Positions 44,710 to 59,168 of a stretch of DNA of 64,000 nt are shown here, piece by piece. The position numbers and the translations under genes are program-made. Under the pieces are notes generated by a model, which saw only the letters and a program-made list of their open reading frames with translations, was not told the origin of the DNA and ran no database searches. How positions within the stretch are numbered: position 1 is the first letter of the stretch; each line of letters begins with the position of its first letter. The stretch comes from Eledone cirrhosa (Eukaryota): positions 213,528,001-213,592,000 of the forward strand of contig OZ024743.1 in assembly GCA_964016885.1 (NCBI GenBank), read 5' to 3'.

Positions 44710-44764
44710 ATGGCTTCCTGATGACTTCTCCCGAATGAAACAGTTCTCGTCCTGTAGATGCCAT
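44710..44764 (+). ncRNA. Type I hammerhead ribozyme in a fold-back element (44664-44765)
   Basis: AUGGCUUC-CUGAUGA-cUUC(uccc)GAAu-GAA-ACAG(uucucguc)CUGU-A-GAUGCCAU. Confidence 0.75.
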
Positions 44765-44777
44765 TTCTATATTAAAT

Positions 44778-44826
<49 letters not shown>

Positions 44827-45015
44827 AATATAAAGGTATTTGTCTCAATTAAAGAGAAGTAATTAAACATATTAAACTTAAGATAAAGTCTCGATTTTGG
44901 GAGGCAAAAGCTAGACCGACTAAAATAAGTTAAGTTCTTTTCATAAAGTGTCCCCAACAATATTAATTATACTAAAACATTGAAACAACCAATATATATA
45001 TATATATATATGCAT

Positions 45016-45214
<199 letters not shown>

Positions 45215-45276
45215 TCGGCTTCAATCGAGGGTAACCACAGTAAGTAAGGTACTCAATACATTAGTAGAGTTTATAC

Positions 45277-45415
45277 AACAAATTTAATATAGAAATGGCT
45301 TCCACGGGACTAGAACTGTTTTATTCGAAGAAAATCACCAGAAAGCTTTCCTGATGCTTTCCGTGGAATGAAACAGTTCTAGTTCTGTAGAAGCAATTTC
45401 CATATTGAATTTGTT
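45277..45415. mobile_element. Second fold-back copy of the 44664 HHR family (core degenerate, CUGAUGC)
   Basis: Arms share AATGGCTTC.AC.GGACTAGAA..GTTT. Confidence 0.75.
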
Positions 45416-46578
45416 ACACACATATGTATATATATATATTTATGTATTTAGTTAGTTGGTGGCATGTTATCTATTTGAGCACTGTTTGATTTTTCTCTCT
45501 TTTCTCTTGCTATATACAAATCGTTTCTTCAACTATACTTAGAATTATCTTGCCTACTTTTGGTATGTTCTGAGAATAGAAAGAAAATAGTAAATCGCGG
45601 ACATTCGTCTTTTAACAGCTTTTGTAGCAAACTATTGTTGTGTTAGTCACTACAGACGAACACGTAGGAGATGCTTTGAAGTTTCAAAGGAATTCCAAGA
45701 TCCATACTTGAAATTGAAAGAAAGAAAATCGAATTTTCTTGCTCACATGCAATGCTCAACTGATGCGTCGGTCTACTGGACAGTATTATGAAAAGAGCAA
45801 ATAGATATACAAATGAAAGCCCAGGCACTGGATACACAACAACCACCAGCATGAATCTGCCATCTATACAATTCGCTCTGTGTGACAACGTCATAAATGA
45901 GTATGATATGAAGAAAGACATTTGGAAAAGAAAACGATCAAAAATAATAGCAATATTACGACTATAAACGGCAATAATACATGTAAAATCACGAAATAAA
46001 ATATATCAGGAAAGTCAACTGTATCAAGAACTTCAAAGTTATCGACTGTCAATACACCATAAATTAGTAGGTAAATGGAAAAACTCTAGTGGTACATGTT
46101 TTGTTCAATCAGGTGTAGCTGCTATATAGATTTGAAGGCGGTCAAGTTCTGCCTAATGATCATAATTTCTGGTGTTCAATTCCCTGCAGTTGGATTACTG
46201 GATCAAGATACTTTTTCAAGTAGCTGAAGTCCATTTAGCTGTTGTTTCTAATTCAGCTTATTCTTGGTGTTTCTTTTATTTTTGCCGGGATTGCGAGTTT
46301 AGCTACTATTGTTTGCGTTCTTTTGTTTTGATATTTTCCTTATGTTTGTTTTTGTGTGTGTAAGAAATCCTGCTGTGTCGTGTGTTTTGGTGGTAGGTGT
46401 TTAGCCCCTAATGCTTATGTTGCTTTTGTTCTTGTTACGTTATTGGGTGGTCGTTGGGAAAATGTTTCGATGTCTCATCAATGCCTTCCATCCGTTAGCT
46501 TTGCGCGACACTCATTTTGTTTTTCCAAGCACTCACTATGGCATTTGGCGTCTGAAGAAGCGTGTGTGTGTGTGTGTG

Positions 46579-46625
<47 letters not shown>

Positions 46626-46642
46626 GAGAGAGAGAGAGAGAG

Positions 46643-46706
<64 letters not shown>

Positions 46707-47795
46707 ATTGAAATCGAAGATGGAGAAGGACTATTTGTGTCTGTTTCCATTTGTGCTTGTTCTGTTTGTTGTATTTTGGGGTCGGGTAGGGGTGTATCAG
46801 CCTATATCCTTTCGGGCAATTTTGGCTGATCTCTCGCAAAGTTGTTGTAAAGTGTGTAGGCATTGTTATATAATTTCCGTGGCAGCTGTTAGTGTTAATG
46901 ATGCTATTTACACGGCTATGGTTACTCCCGCTGCTGTTTTGTTTTAAGGACTCAATTTAGTATATTATGCATACTGAAATTTGTGGAAAAATAATACTCA
47001 CCTAGACCCTCAGTATTTTAATTCTAAGAGAGATCATGTCATTTTGAAAGTGAAATCTGGCCACTTCCAAGCGAGGTTAATTATTTAAAAGTGAAACCTT
47101 GCCATTTGAAAGTGAGAATAACGTATTTAGAATGAGATTAACACAAGAAAGATTTATTGAATAGAGGATATAACATCAACACCTCATAACATCATTTGTA
47201 ACGTGAACAATATGAACTTGATTGGTTAATTATAAGTTTTTATCCACCAAGCAACGAAGCAAAAATCTCATTTATCTTTTGCAAAGTGATTGATGGATTA
47301 TATATTGCTTCGTATAATCAAGTACATATCATCATCATCAATCGAAATGATGGTGGTGGAGGTGGTGGTAAAATGCTTCTCGTTTTCCTCTCACCAAACA
47401 TTCTAAAATTATTTTGTTTGCAATTTTCAAATTAATACCTATATATTGAGCGTGGTGTTTGTAGTCTAATCCACGATCATCACACCGCATTAGACGTTGA
47501 TTCCTGCTGTCTATTTAGTTGCACATTCATCTGACGCCGGCTGTTTCGGGAATTCGAAAAACATCAACAAAAACAACAAAAACAACAAAAACAACAAAAA
47601 CAACAAAAATACTGTTTAGTGAATGAGCTGTTTAAATCTTAAATGATTAAGTGCCACAATGTACCTCTAAAAACATTTGCGTAACGAAAATCTTATCGAA
47701 ACATTATTCCATAGAAATTGAGCTTTCATTATTGCTTTACTAAATTTAATTGAAAACGAGTCTTTTGTTCTGATTTTTCTGGTTTATGCTATTAT

Positions 47796-47975
47796 TCGCG
47801 GGTCGGCTGAAAAGGTCATAGGCTGACTGTGACACTCTGGGGAATGACCAAATAGTCCCTGGAAAGAAACAATGCAGTTATTAACAAGAAGAGTTGAAAT
47901 TAATTCTTGCAAGATTTCAAAGCTCTAGCATCACTGAATCACAGTCAGCTTATGGATGTTTCAGCCGACCTCGTA
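47796..47975. mobile_element. Mariner-derived MITE (other copies at 51152-51346 and a half copy at ~11893-11987)
   Basis: TIRs GGGTCGGCTGAAAAG.TCATAGGCTGAC / GTCAGC.TATG.A..TTTCAGCCGACC. Confidence 0.75.
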
Positions 47976-48346
47976 GAATCTTATTGTCCGAATGATGTAA
48001 TCTTTCCTGCTACTAATTCTATGAGATGAAGATACAGTATTTTTCGATAATCAAATTAACTAATTTTATGTTTTATTTAAAGGAATTATGCTCAATTGAA
48101 GTTAAACATTCTCAGTTAGAATAGATGGCTAGAGTAAACGGTTTATGAAACGGTTTATGAAATGTATTAAAACACATCACAATAAGCCCATGGATACCGA
48201 GAGTATCGTCTATAAACTATATTTCATAGCCCTAAAACCGTGAGTTGTAGTCGTTAACTCAAAATTATGTTGAATGATTTTCAAAAGAATTCGTAAATCG
48301 CTAAACACTTTTAAGATATAGACACACACACAGACACACACACACA

Positions 48347-48499
<153 letters not shown>

Positions 48500-49245
48500 A
48501 TTAAATAATGCTATGAAGACATATCACGGAGAAACGCAAAGACACGAGTTTCGTTGAGCAAACTCATATATATATATATATATATGAGCGTGAGAGATCG
48601 CGTTATTAGTACACATTTTGAGAGTCACGCTGTCTTCATATCTCTACATATCCACAAAGACTAAACGTACTTTATCATATTCAAAAAGCCTATATCTACT
48701 GCAATATTTCTTTTCAGTTCAATGAGCAATTCATTGCTTTATTGGAAAATAGAAGTGAATGATGACGAATATATATAAATATTCATTAGAATGATAACAT
48801 AACAACTAGATTTTACAGAGGAAATTACCTCGCGAATATAATGAGAACATGTTCAATGTAATAAAACTGAGGCCAGTCTTTAAGGCTCCTTTTTACTTTT
48901 ATAACCTTAGAATAATTACCTTCTGCACTTCCAACTAATATATTTATGATATAATATTCTACATAGAAACATCCCATTTTACACGTGTATATGTACATTT
49001 CTGCTCTCACTAAATCGTACAGAGTAGCATGTATGCCACATCCCACTTTCATATCCTCTGTCTCATCCTCTCTCTTATCCTTACTGCCCCCCCCCTCTAC
49101 ACACATACACATATATATATATATGCATAATATAATTATACATGCATACATGCATAATATAAACTTTTGTATTTCTCTCTCTCACACACATATATGTATA
49201 TACACACACAAACACAATATATGTATATATATATATATATATATA

Positions 49246-49329
<84 letters not shown>

Positions 49330-49433
49330 TATATATATATATATATATATTCATATATATATATATATATTCATATATATATATATATATTCATATATAT
49401 ATATATTCATATATATATATATATATATTCATA

Positions 49434-49517
<84 letters not shown>

Positions 49518-49649
49518 TATATATATATATATTCATATATATATATATATTCATATATATATATATATTCATATATATATATATATTCATATATATATAT
49601 ATATTCATATATATATATATATTCATATATATATATATATATATATACA

Positions 49650-50230
49650 CTGCTTATCACTATACATGGTAACTCAGTACAATTCCTAGATTACTACTAC
49701 AAAACCAAAAGTTCACTCACCACATATACCTTATCTGTCCCCTCTCTACCTATATATCTCTCTCTACATCCATTACACTCTCTCTCTCTCACCTTTGACC
49801 TACCTCCCTCTCAACATCTATGAACTTGACCTCTGGGGCAATAAATAATTCCGACCTCAACTATCTACGCATCTCTCCAAAAGTAACTAATAAAACCCCT
49901 ACCACAACATTTTGATTAAGATATCTACAAGCCACTCTCTCCTACTTCTCCAACCCCTGCATATCTTTCCTTCTCTCTCCATCTTCCCTACTTTTCTCTC
50001 TTCCTGTTCCACTCTATCTTCCCCAACAACCCCACTTAAGGGTTTTTACATTGTATATTTACCATTCTGCTCTGAGGAAACAGTGGTCACAGCATTGGAT
50101 ATTCGAGTTCTGCAAATACTTGTGAATTTGCACGTAGCGGAACTAGGCTGCAGTACCACCGTGGAAACACTTGTAAGCACACGGAATAAACTACCTTTTT
50201 ATGATGTCTACCTGTTATTATTCATTCTTT
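49650..50230 (+). mobile_element. PLE-like 3' fragment between (TA)n tracts (C/T-rich body, HHR, AATAAA)
   Basis: Pyrimidine-rich tract, HHR at 50068-50179, AATAAA at 50185. Confidence 0.55.
50068..50179 (+). ncRNA. Type I hammerhead ribozyme with an ~85-nt extended stem II
   Basis: UGCU-CUGAGGA-[aACAGUGGU...ACCACCGUg]-GAA-ACACUUGU-A-AGCA. Confidence 0.7.
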
Positions 50231-50383
50231 ATATATATATATATATATATATTCATATATATATATATTCATATATATATATATTCATATATATATATAT
50301 TCATATATATATATATATTCATATATATTCATATTCATATATATATATATATATATTCATATATATATATATATTCATATATA

Positions 50384-50444
<61 letters not shown>

Positions 50445-50493
50445 TTATATATATTTATATATATATTATATATATTTATATATATTTATATAT

Positions 50494-50524
<31 letters not shown>

Positions 50525-50648
50525 TATATATATTTATATATATTTATTAAAATAACAAATTAAAGTATTATTACTATATTTATATATATATATATAGTGA
50601 CGAAACATAAGTCAATTGCATGAACTCATAATCCTTTATTTATTATTT

Positions 50649-50704
50649 ACTGCTATATATATTTCGATGATAGCCATTGAATGGCTATGACCTCATCAGG
50701 CAGT
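50649..50704 (-). ncRNA. Type I hammerhead ribozyme with an (AU)4 palindromic stem III
   Basis: ACUGC-CUGAUGA-GGUcAUAGCCA(uucaa)UGGCUAUcAUC-GAA-AUAUAUAU-A-GCAGU. Confidence 0.78.
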
Positions 50705-51151
50705 TAGTCAGTTCTTAGATATGCCAGCTCTGTGTTTATAGCGTTGATGGTATCAGAGCCTTGGGACATATTTATATATACATATTTATATACACATATT
50801 TATATATACACATATTTATATATACATATTATATACACATATTTATATTTATATATATATATATATATATATATGAGTGCGTATGGTATTTGTGTTTTCC
50901 TAGGTGTTTATTCAAAACTGTAAAAGCCACTTAGAAAACAAAATTTGAATGTGTGAAGAATCGGGATATTATTACTTTGAATTATTATGATCACACATTC
51001 TAAATATTTTGTGGCATCCTTTATAGCCGTATAATGTGTAATGTATAGGATACAGATTTATTTCTTATAATTGCGCAGCTTCTCTTATGGTATATGCTAT
51101 CTTAGCAAAAATATGTAACGCATATTTCATCTGTAACAGTCGTAGGTCTAA

Positions 51152-51346
51152 GGTATCGGCTGAAAAGTTCATAGGCAGGCCATGATGAGCGCGTGGATTT
51201 ACCAAATGAGGTTTATTTTTCAATATAATCCCTGAAAAGAAACTGTGACGTTATTAATAAGTAGAGTTGAAAGTAATACATACATGATTTTATAGCTTTA
51301 GCATTATTCCTTCCTAGTCAGCCTATGAACTTTACAGCCGACTCCT
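51152..51346. mobile_element. Mariner-derived MITE
   Basis: Same TIRs as 47796-47975. Confidence 0.75.
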
Positions 51347-51419
51347 GTATTTCTAAATACATGACGAGTATTTCAGTTGTTCGAACAACGGAATAGCCTA
51401 ATCAAAAAATTAAAATGCA

Positions 51420-51530
51420 AGTGGCTGGGTATTTCCGAGGCACGTGTACCCTTAACAGAATTCTCATGGGAATTCAGCGTGAAACCATATGGGACAAGCT
51501 TGGCTCTTTGAAATGCTTGTAGAACTCATG
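51420..51530 (-). mobile_element. Fragment of another octopod interspersed repeat, probably a SINE
   Basis: TGGCTG.GTATT.C..CACGTGTACCCTTAA..TTCTCA.GG.ATTCAGCGTGA; recognised from memory only. Confidence 0.45.
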
Positions 51531-51979
51531 ACACTATAATCGTAAATCGAACAACATTAACACAATGGTTCGTGCCATCAGGTTGTGTTATGGTTGTGTG
51601 TTTAAGGTTCATTTCTCAAACATATGGTTACAGTGTCATTTACATAGCTCCGGTTTAACAATTGAAGTCGAACTTTATAGACAGGACAGTACGGAAATTT
51701 ATATATGCCTATAATTACCAATTCAAGGTAGTGCATTGGCGGTTTACTATTAAAGTGTCGTAGAGGATGCCTTGCAGTGCCTTATCTCTGTCATTGCACT
51801 ATCGGCACTTGCGTTTTCTTAGGACAATATCGTCGTTTTTGGATAGGGGAGATATTTTGTAATATGTTTGACTGCAGACTTTCAGAGACATTTCCTTGCC
51901 AATGTCGTTGCCAGAAATGCACTTAGTGAGCGATAGTTCCATTGTAATCAGAAGTATTAAGGTCGGCTGAAGATTAAGT

Positions 51980-52110
51980 GGGTCGGCTGAAAAGTTCATA
52001 TGCTGACCAAAGAACTCTCATGTAATATGAAGAATGAGGTTTATTTTTCATCATAGACCCTCTTGCGGGCCACACACTTCTTTCATCGTTGTTGCAGTGT
52101 TTGGAACCCA
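51980..52110 (-). mobile_element. Mariner 3' end: TIR plus transposase C-terminus
   Basis: Minus strand GFQTLQQR*KKCVARKRVYDEK* resembles mariner GI..L..RW.KCV...GDYVEK*; the TIR is shared with the MITEs. Confidence 0.75.
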
Positions 52111-53264
52111 CTGGAAGCCTTCAGCCTGTTGATCTAAAAGTTATCAACAGCAGATATGACATCGTCGTCACTGCGATACTGGTTCACAGAATTCATAGAA
52201 AATATGCTTGTATTGTATTGAGTCTTTAATGCAAATTATCAACAAGACATATTAAAATATAAAACATGAATACAATCGTTTTAGCACTAGAATTCGAAGT
52301 ACGCCGATATTGCATTATAAAACAATACCAGAAGGAGGTATGTAATTAGAAGGCTGCGACAATGCAAAAGATGTTGTACGTTTTATGATAATAGAAGGTA
52401 ACAAAGCTATTCTCTTTTTCCTGTTTTATATTTAAATAGGAACTTAATTATCGCGATAAAATCTTAATTTAATCATAAATCGTACCATATTATTTGCATT
52501 GTCGCAGCCTGCGAATTACATACCATCATACACTTAAAACACAAAGCTTCAAGCAAACTAAAACACTCTTTAATGCCAGAAGTATTTATGTGTCTTTACA
52601 AAGAAGCGTTATTTCAATATTGGTAATAGCGCCATGTAACGTTCCTTTGAAAATAGAGTTAAATGAGTATAGAAACATTATCTGAAAATGGTATATTTAT
52701 GTTAAACAATAGCTTCATGTCCAGTAACGGCTTCCACAGGGAGGGACAGGTGCACTGGGTCTCATCGCACACTTTTGGCTCCGGAAAACTTTTCAGTCAG
52801 AGCTTGGCAATGGCATCTGACGGCATATTAAACTTAGTGACAAAGGGAAACTACACTGACATAACTAGTTTAGGGTATTGTAAAATAAAAAATATATCAA
52901 TTACAGAAACCTTTAAACACTGTCGTAGATTGTAATATAGTAGAAAATATATTAAAAAAATATATATCGTCGCGTGGTTGATCTCCACAGGAATTTTCAC
53001 GAAGGAGTTAATTATACCAATATAATAAGTGCGACAAGATAAGATATTGGCTTAAGTATTATATTTACTTGGTTCTTCATTTAGTTCAACATTAATATAT
53101 TCTACTCTTCACCATCTACCGAAAGAATCCATGCTGCGACACAATAGAAATAGAAATATTTATAAGCTCCAATATCCTTTTCACAAACCATCTACGCTCC
53201 ACATTGTATCGTGTATGTACACACACATGCACATACAGAGACATACAGACACACAGACACACAC

Positions 53265-53357
<93 letters not shown>

Positions 53358-53487
53358 TTTACTTATATCTAACCACTTGTCTGTCCGATTGGTCGCACAC
53401 AGCTTCTCATAAAAGTGGCGAATTTTTTGCCTTCCTTTGTTAACCTGGCGGGATATCCGACTTTTCTGAGTTGTTCCAACCCTCAGC

Positions 53488-53535
<48 letters not shown>

Positions 53536-53537
53536 TA

Positions 53538-53905
<368 letters not shown>

Positions 53906-54284
53906 ACGCACGCGTGTATATATATATGTAGGAGTCGAAACTGCCAAAGTTCATCTCAACGGCCGATAACCCTTTTCGTTTGGTCTAGTTTTCGTTCGTT
54001 GTCTTGTCCTCTCGTTGTTAATTTTCCTGTCATTATCCATATTTCGAAGGAATTTGTAGTTTACTTGAAGCATTGTATATGGTATAAAGAATTCGAAGTT
54101 TGAAACCACTACAATGCGGGTTTGGATGGAAAATAGTTAAATCGTAAGAGAAAGGGCTTGTTTCTTTTTACCCTAATTTATTCATAAGTTCTGATATTTC
54201 GAGATTAATATCTCTTCTTGTCGTGGCTTTCAATCTTCTATATACATATAATTCTCTCTCTCTCTCTATATATATATCACCTTG

Positions 54285-54484
54285 ATCACCTTGACCGACC
54301 AGTCTGTCGGGCGCCAATTGGCGCCGCTGGTCACAGCACGTCGTGCTGTTTTAGCCATAAGATAACGCCAACCCACTGGCTGGGCAGGCAGGCCGGTACT
54401 CATTTCTACAGCTGAGTAAACCCGGTCCGAGAATTGAACTCACAACCTTTCGATTGCTCTAACCACTAAGCCATGCGACTTCAC
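54285..54484 (-). mobile_element. tRNA-derived SINE (internally deleted)
   Basis: Minus-strand A-box TGGCTTAGTGG and B-box GAGTTCAATTC, then GTTTACTCAGCTGTAGAAATGAGTACC. Confidence 0.7.
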
Positions 54485-55064
54485 ACACACACATATATAT
54501 GACAATAAAATAGTTTAACTAAAATTACGAGCACTCGTATATTAATTATTTTACGTATAAATATAATCTTACATATTAGAATAAAGATTGCTATTTCTAT
54601 TTGACTTCTAAATTTCATCAAAATGCGTAAGTTTCATCGAAAATTATTAATGATACTTGCGGAAGGTAAAACTAAATATAAATTTATATAATGCAAAGAT
54701 ACATAAATAAATTAAAGAAGCAAGACATAGATTAACAGATGATATGTTCTACTGTATGAGAAGATTGTTTACGTCTATATAACTGAAGATAAACTAAAGT
54801 GAAAATGATTAAATAGATAGAGATATTCTATATTAAATGAAACACACTTTCTTCGTGATTTTATGTTCTGTTATTTCAGATTTGGTTTGGTTTCATCTAC
54901 TTAGTTCTATCTGATGAGATAATCTTAATGTATTAAACAGATGACAAAATGTCATTATAAAATATGTTCACATAGAATAAACCCAGGAAGAAGCAGATTT
55001 AAATTAATAGAAGTATATTATGTAACCTTTTAAAAGAGTAATGATATATTCGACGTCATATTTG

Positions 55065-55136
<72 letters not shown>

Positions 55137-55467
55137 ATGATTTAATGAAGCCAGTATCATTGAGATATCAACCAAAACGAAAGTGAGAGTACACACGTGT
55201 ACGTTAAACAATGAGGAAAAAGATTTCGTGTGGGTATAGAATTATATATATATGTGTGTGTGTGTGTTTGTGTGTACATATGTGTGTATACTTACAAACA
55301 CATACATATATCTCTCTCTGACTGAAATATATTCAATTGCTTCCTAACAAGATAGACGCCGATTGTTAAGCTTTGATAGAAGACTTTTTTTTAGTCAAAC
55401 CATTGGTTTGACTACAAAATGTGTTTGACTAAACATAGGTGTCACTATGAATGCAGTCCGTAAGGCT

Positions 55468-55476
55468 ATATATATA

Positions 55477-55567
<91 letters not shown>

Positions 55568-55619
55568 TGTATATATATATATATATGTACATATATTGTA
55601 TATATATATATACATATAT

Positions 55620-55673
<54 letters not shown>

Positions 55674-55807
55674 ATATATATATATATTGTATATATATAT
55701 ACAATATATTGTATATATATATATGTACATATATTGTATATATATATATACATATATTGTATATATATATATACATATATTGTATATATATATATATATA
55801 TATATAT

Positions 55808-55843
<36 letters not shown>

Positions 55844-55859
55844 ATATATATATATATAT

Positions 55860-55905
<46 letters not shown>

Positions 55906-56018
55906 ATATATATATATATATATTGTATATATATATATATTGTATATATATATATATATATATATATACAATATATATATATATACAATATATATATATA
56001 TAAAATATATATATATAT

Positions 56019-56084
<66 letters not shown>

Positions 56085-56125
56085 ATATATATATATATAT
56101 ATATATATTGTATATATATATATAT

Positions 56126-56167
<42 letters not shown>

Positions 56168-56223
56168 ATATATATATATATATATATACAATATATATAT
56201 ATATATATATATACATATATATA
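55468..56223. repeat. ~750-bp interrupted (TA)n array with TTG/CAA variants in both orientations
   Basis: Read directly. Confidence 0.95.
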
Positions 56224-56383
56224 TAGGAACGAGTAGGACCCCGACGGCTGAATCAGCCGTCGAAACGGCTTGAGCTCAGCCGTCGAGGTCCTACTCTTTC
56301 CTATTACCCACTCTACTACCCTAAGTATTGAGTACTTTGGTGTGGTTATGGTCCACCTGGTTCCTTACCACATTTCCTTCGTT
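56224..56383 (+). mobile_element. Family F1 fold-back element
   Basis: Homologous to 13160-13372. Confidence 0.85.
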
Positions 56384-57217
56384 ATATATATATATATATA
56401 TACACAAAATACAAAATATAAAACAATCAAATTTTAGCTTAATACATTTAATTGCTGACGATCGTTTCTTCCAGACAACTGCCTGATTCCACCGGAGCAT
56501 ACACAATGTTTAAACAAGTAATTATAATCCTAGTCCTCGGAACATTCATAAAGGTGCATTTTCTCTTACTGGTAATTGGGTAGTACTTAATACCACCCTT
56601 TCATATTTATAATTATATATAACTCATATATAAGTATAAATAATATTATTAGCATATATATATATAGATATATCTATATATATAAAGAGAGAGAGAGAGA
56701 AGGAGAGATTGGGAGAGAGAGAAATACTGAGTGACAGAGTGGGAGACAGAGAGACAGAGAGACAGAGATAGACCGACTTTAATGAATTAGGTATCAAATG
56801 AAAACAAATTTTAACTTTTTACAATTTTCAGTTTCACACGAATTAGTTTGAGCCAGTCGTCCAATTGTGTCTACATGTATCTATATAAAGAATGTATTAT
56901 ATTGGATTGTTAAAATATGATTGCCCCAGGATGAACACAGTGCAATGTGTGAAATTATACGAGCAAAAATCAAAATGAAAACTCTATAATATTTTTCACT
57001 TTTATGAATTCTTACGACAAAGAATATGCTTCATTTCTAACAGGATAAATTTAGAGACTAAAAATGTAAATAATTTTTTCTGAATATCAATAGAGAATTT
57101 ATCTATGTATTCGTTGGTCTTGAGATGACAATGGATCCGCCGTTGGGACTCAACGCTAAACCATATTTACACTCTACTATCCCAAGTATCGAAAGACCTG
57201 CTGAATAATGGTTTTAC

Positions 57218-57308
<91 letters not shown>

Positions 57309-57601
57309 TATATAAATGGAATAGAATGAAACTAAATTTCAATTCTCACTCTTAGTACGGCACTTACTTAAATGTAAGTATGTATGTATGTATACGTACA
57401 TACATATATGTATACAGACGTACAGTAGTATGTATATATATATATACATACATGCACACATATATATATATGCACGTATCGGTTTACCGAACATTTATTA
57501 TAATGCTCGGTTTGTTTGTTTGTAAACAAACAAACAGCCCGGATTACGCCGTACAGTGTTAGGGCAACCACGTCACCTTTTTGTTCAACACTGACACAGG
57601 A

Positions 57602-57644
57602 ACGATGTACTAGTTTCAAGCTTATTAGCTATCGTCAGCATCGT
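57602..57644 (-). ncRNA. Minimal type I hammerhead ribozyme (unit 1)
   Basis: ACGAUG-CUGACGA-uAGCU(aaua)AGCUu-GAA-ACUAGU-A-CAUCGU. Confidence 0.85.
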
Positions 57645-57898
57645 ATACCTTTCTGCCAGATGGTTGAACGTCTGAAAGTATATACTTTCCTTATGCATAT
57701 TAACGGCTGAGCAGCCTAATTTGCATATCGAGTGAGTTCAGTCGGCTGGGCGCACCGAAAATGAAAAATGGAATAGAATGAAACGAAATTTCATTTCTCA
57801 CTCTTAGTACGGCACTTACTTAAATGTAAGTATGTATGTATACGTACATACATATATGTATACAGACGTACAGTAGTATGTATATATATACATACATG

Positions 57899-57929
<31 letters not shown>

Positions 57930-58059
57930 GCACGTATCGGTTTACCGAACATTTATTATAATGCTCGGTTTGTTTGTTTGTAAACAAACAAACATCCCGG
58001 ATTACGCCGTACAGTGTTCAGGCAACCACGTCACCTTTTTGTTCAACACTGACACAGGA

Positions 58060-58102
58060 ACGATGTACTAGTTTCAAGCTTATTAGCTATCGTCAGTATC
58101 GT
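58060..58102 (-). ncRNA. Minimal type I hammerhead ribozyme (unit 2)
   Basis: Same as unit 1, with one stem I mismatch (ACGAUA). Confidence 0.8.
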
Positions 58103-58387
58103 ATACTTGTCTGCCAGATGGTTGAACGTCTGAAAGTATATACTTTCCTTATGCATATTAACGGCTGAGCTGCCTAATTTGCATATCGAGTGAGTTCAGT
58201 CGGCTGGGCGCACCGAAAATGATTGCGTAAACACTGTACGGCGTAATCCGGGCTGTTTGTTTGTTTACAAACAAACAAACCGAGCATTATAATAAATGTT
58301 CGGTAAACCGATACGTGCATATATATATGTGTGCATGTATGTATATATATATACATACTACTGTACGTCTGTATACATATATGTATG

Positions 58388-58425
<38 letters not shown>

Positions 58426-58999
58426 AATAAAGATTCAGCGAGAAACGCATTTCGGCGGGCAGCGAAAACAAAGCGAAACGCACAAATCAGAAATGATACT
58501 GGCATAAGGAATATCACGATATCAACAGGTATTTCGCTCTGTACCAAATAAGTGAAAGACACGGTGGTAAGTTAAACCACGTGTGGAAATCACAAGGGGA
58601 ATAACCCCAGATTTTGGCAAAGTAATCCATTTAGAGTAAATCATGCGAAAAATAGCATAAATAGCACAAATCGAATAAGTTCTCAACCGAGTAGTTTTAA
58701 AATAAACTTATACAATTAACTTGTCAATAGAAATTATTAACAAGTTAATTGTAAGACACGGGAGATTAATACAAATAAAGATTCAGCGAGAATCGCATTT
58801 CGGCGGGCAGGAAATGCGAAGCGAAACACAAAAATCAGAAATGATACTGGCAAAGTGATCAATAGTTAAAAATCAGAGCTAAACAATGTTTTAAGAAGCC
58901 ATACAAAACTGAAAAGGTAGTCAAGAAGGCATTAACCACCCTGAGCCAAAATCCAAATCAAGCTAAACAGGTCAAAACAAAATAAATGATAAAAAATAA

Positions 59000-59047
<48 letters not shown>

Positions 59048-59131
59048 ATATTTCAGTCGGAGAGAGATATATGTATGTGTTTGTAAGTATACACACGTAT
59101 GTATTATGTGCCTATATATATGTACACACAA

Positions 59132-59168
<37 letters not shown>

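Larger units (their letters stand above)
57314..58390 (-). mobile_element. Retrozyme-like element: two tandem ~455-bp units (57314-57765, 57766-58222) plus an inverted partial copy (58230-58390)
   Basis: Near-identical tandem units, each with a minimal HHR; no protein homology; flanked by (TA)n. Confidence 0.8.

Noticed and set aside
45640-46950. Host exons or a LINE ORF1 remnant
   Set aside because: Stops in the plausible frames and no recognisable motif; cannot be supported without a search.
54905-54950. CUGAUGA in the long inverted arm
   Set aside because: No GAAA box or closing stems, and the mirror copy has CAGAUGA.
57314-58390. CRISPR-like array interpretation of the tandem and palindromic repeats
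   Set aside because: Eukaryotic context, long units, no unique spacers and no cas genes.
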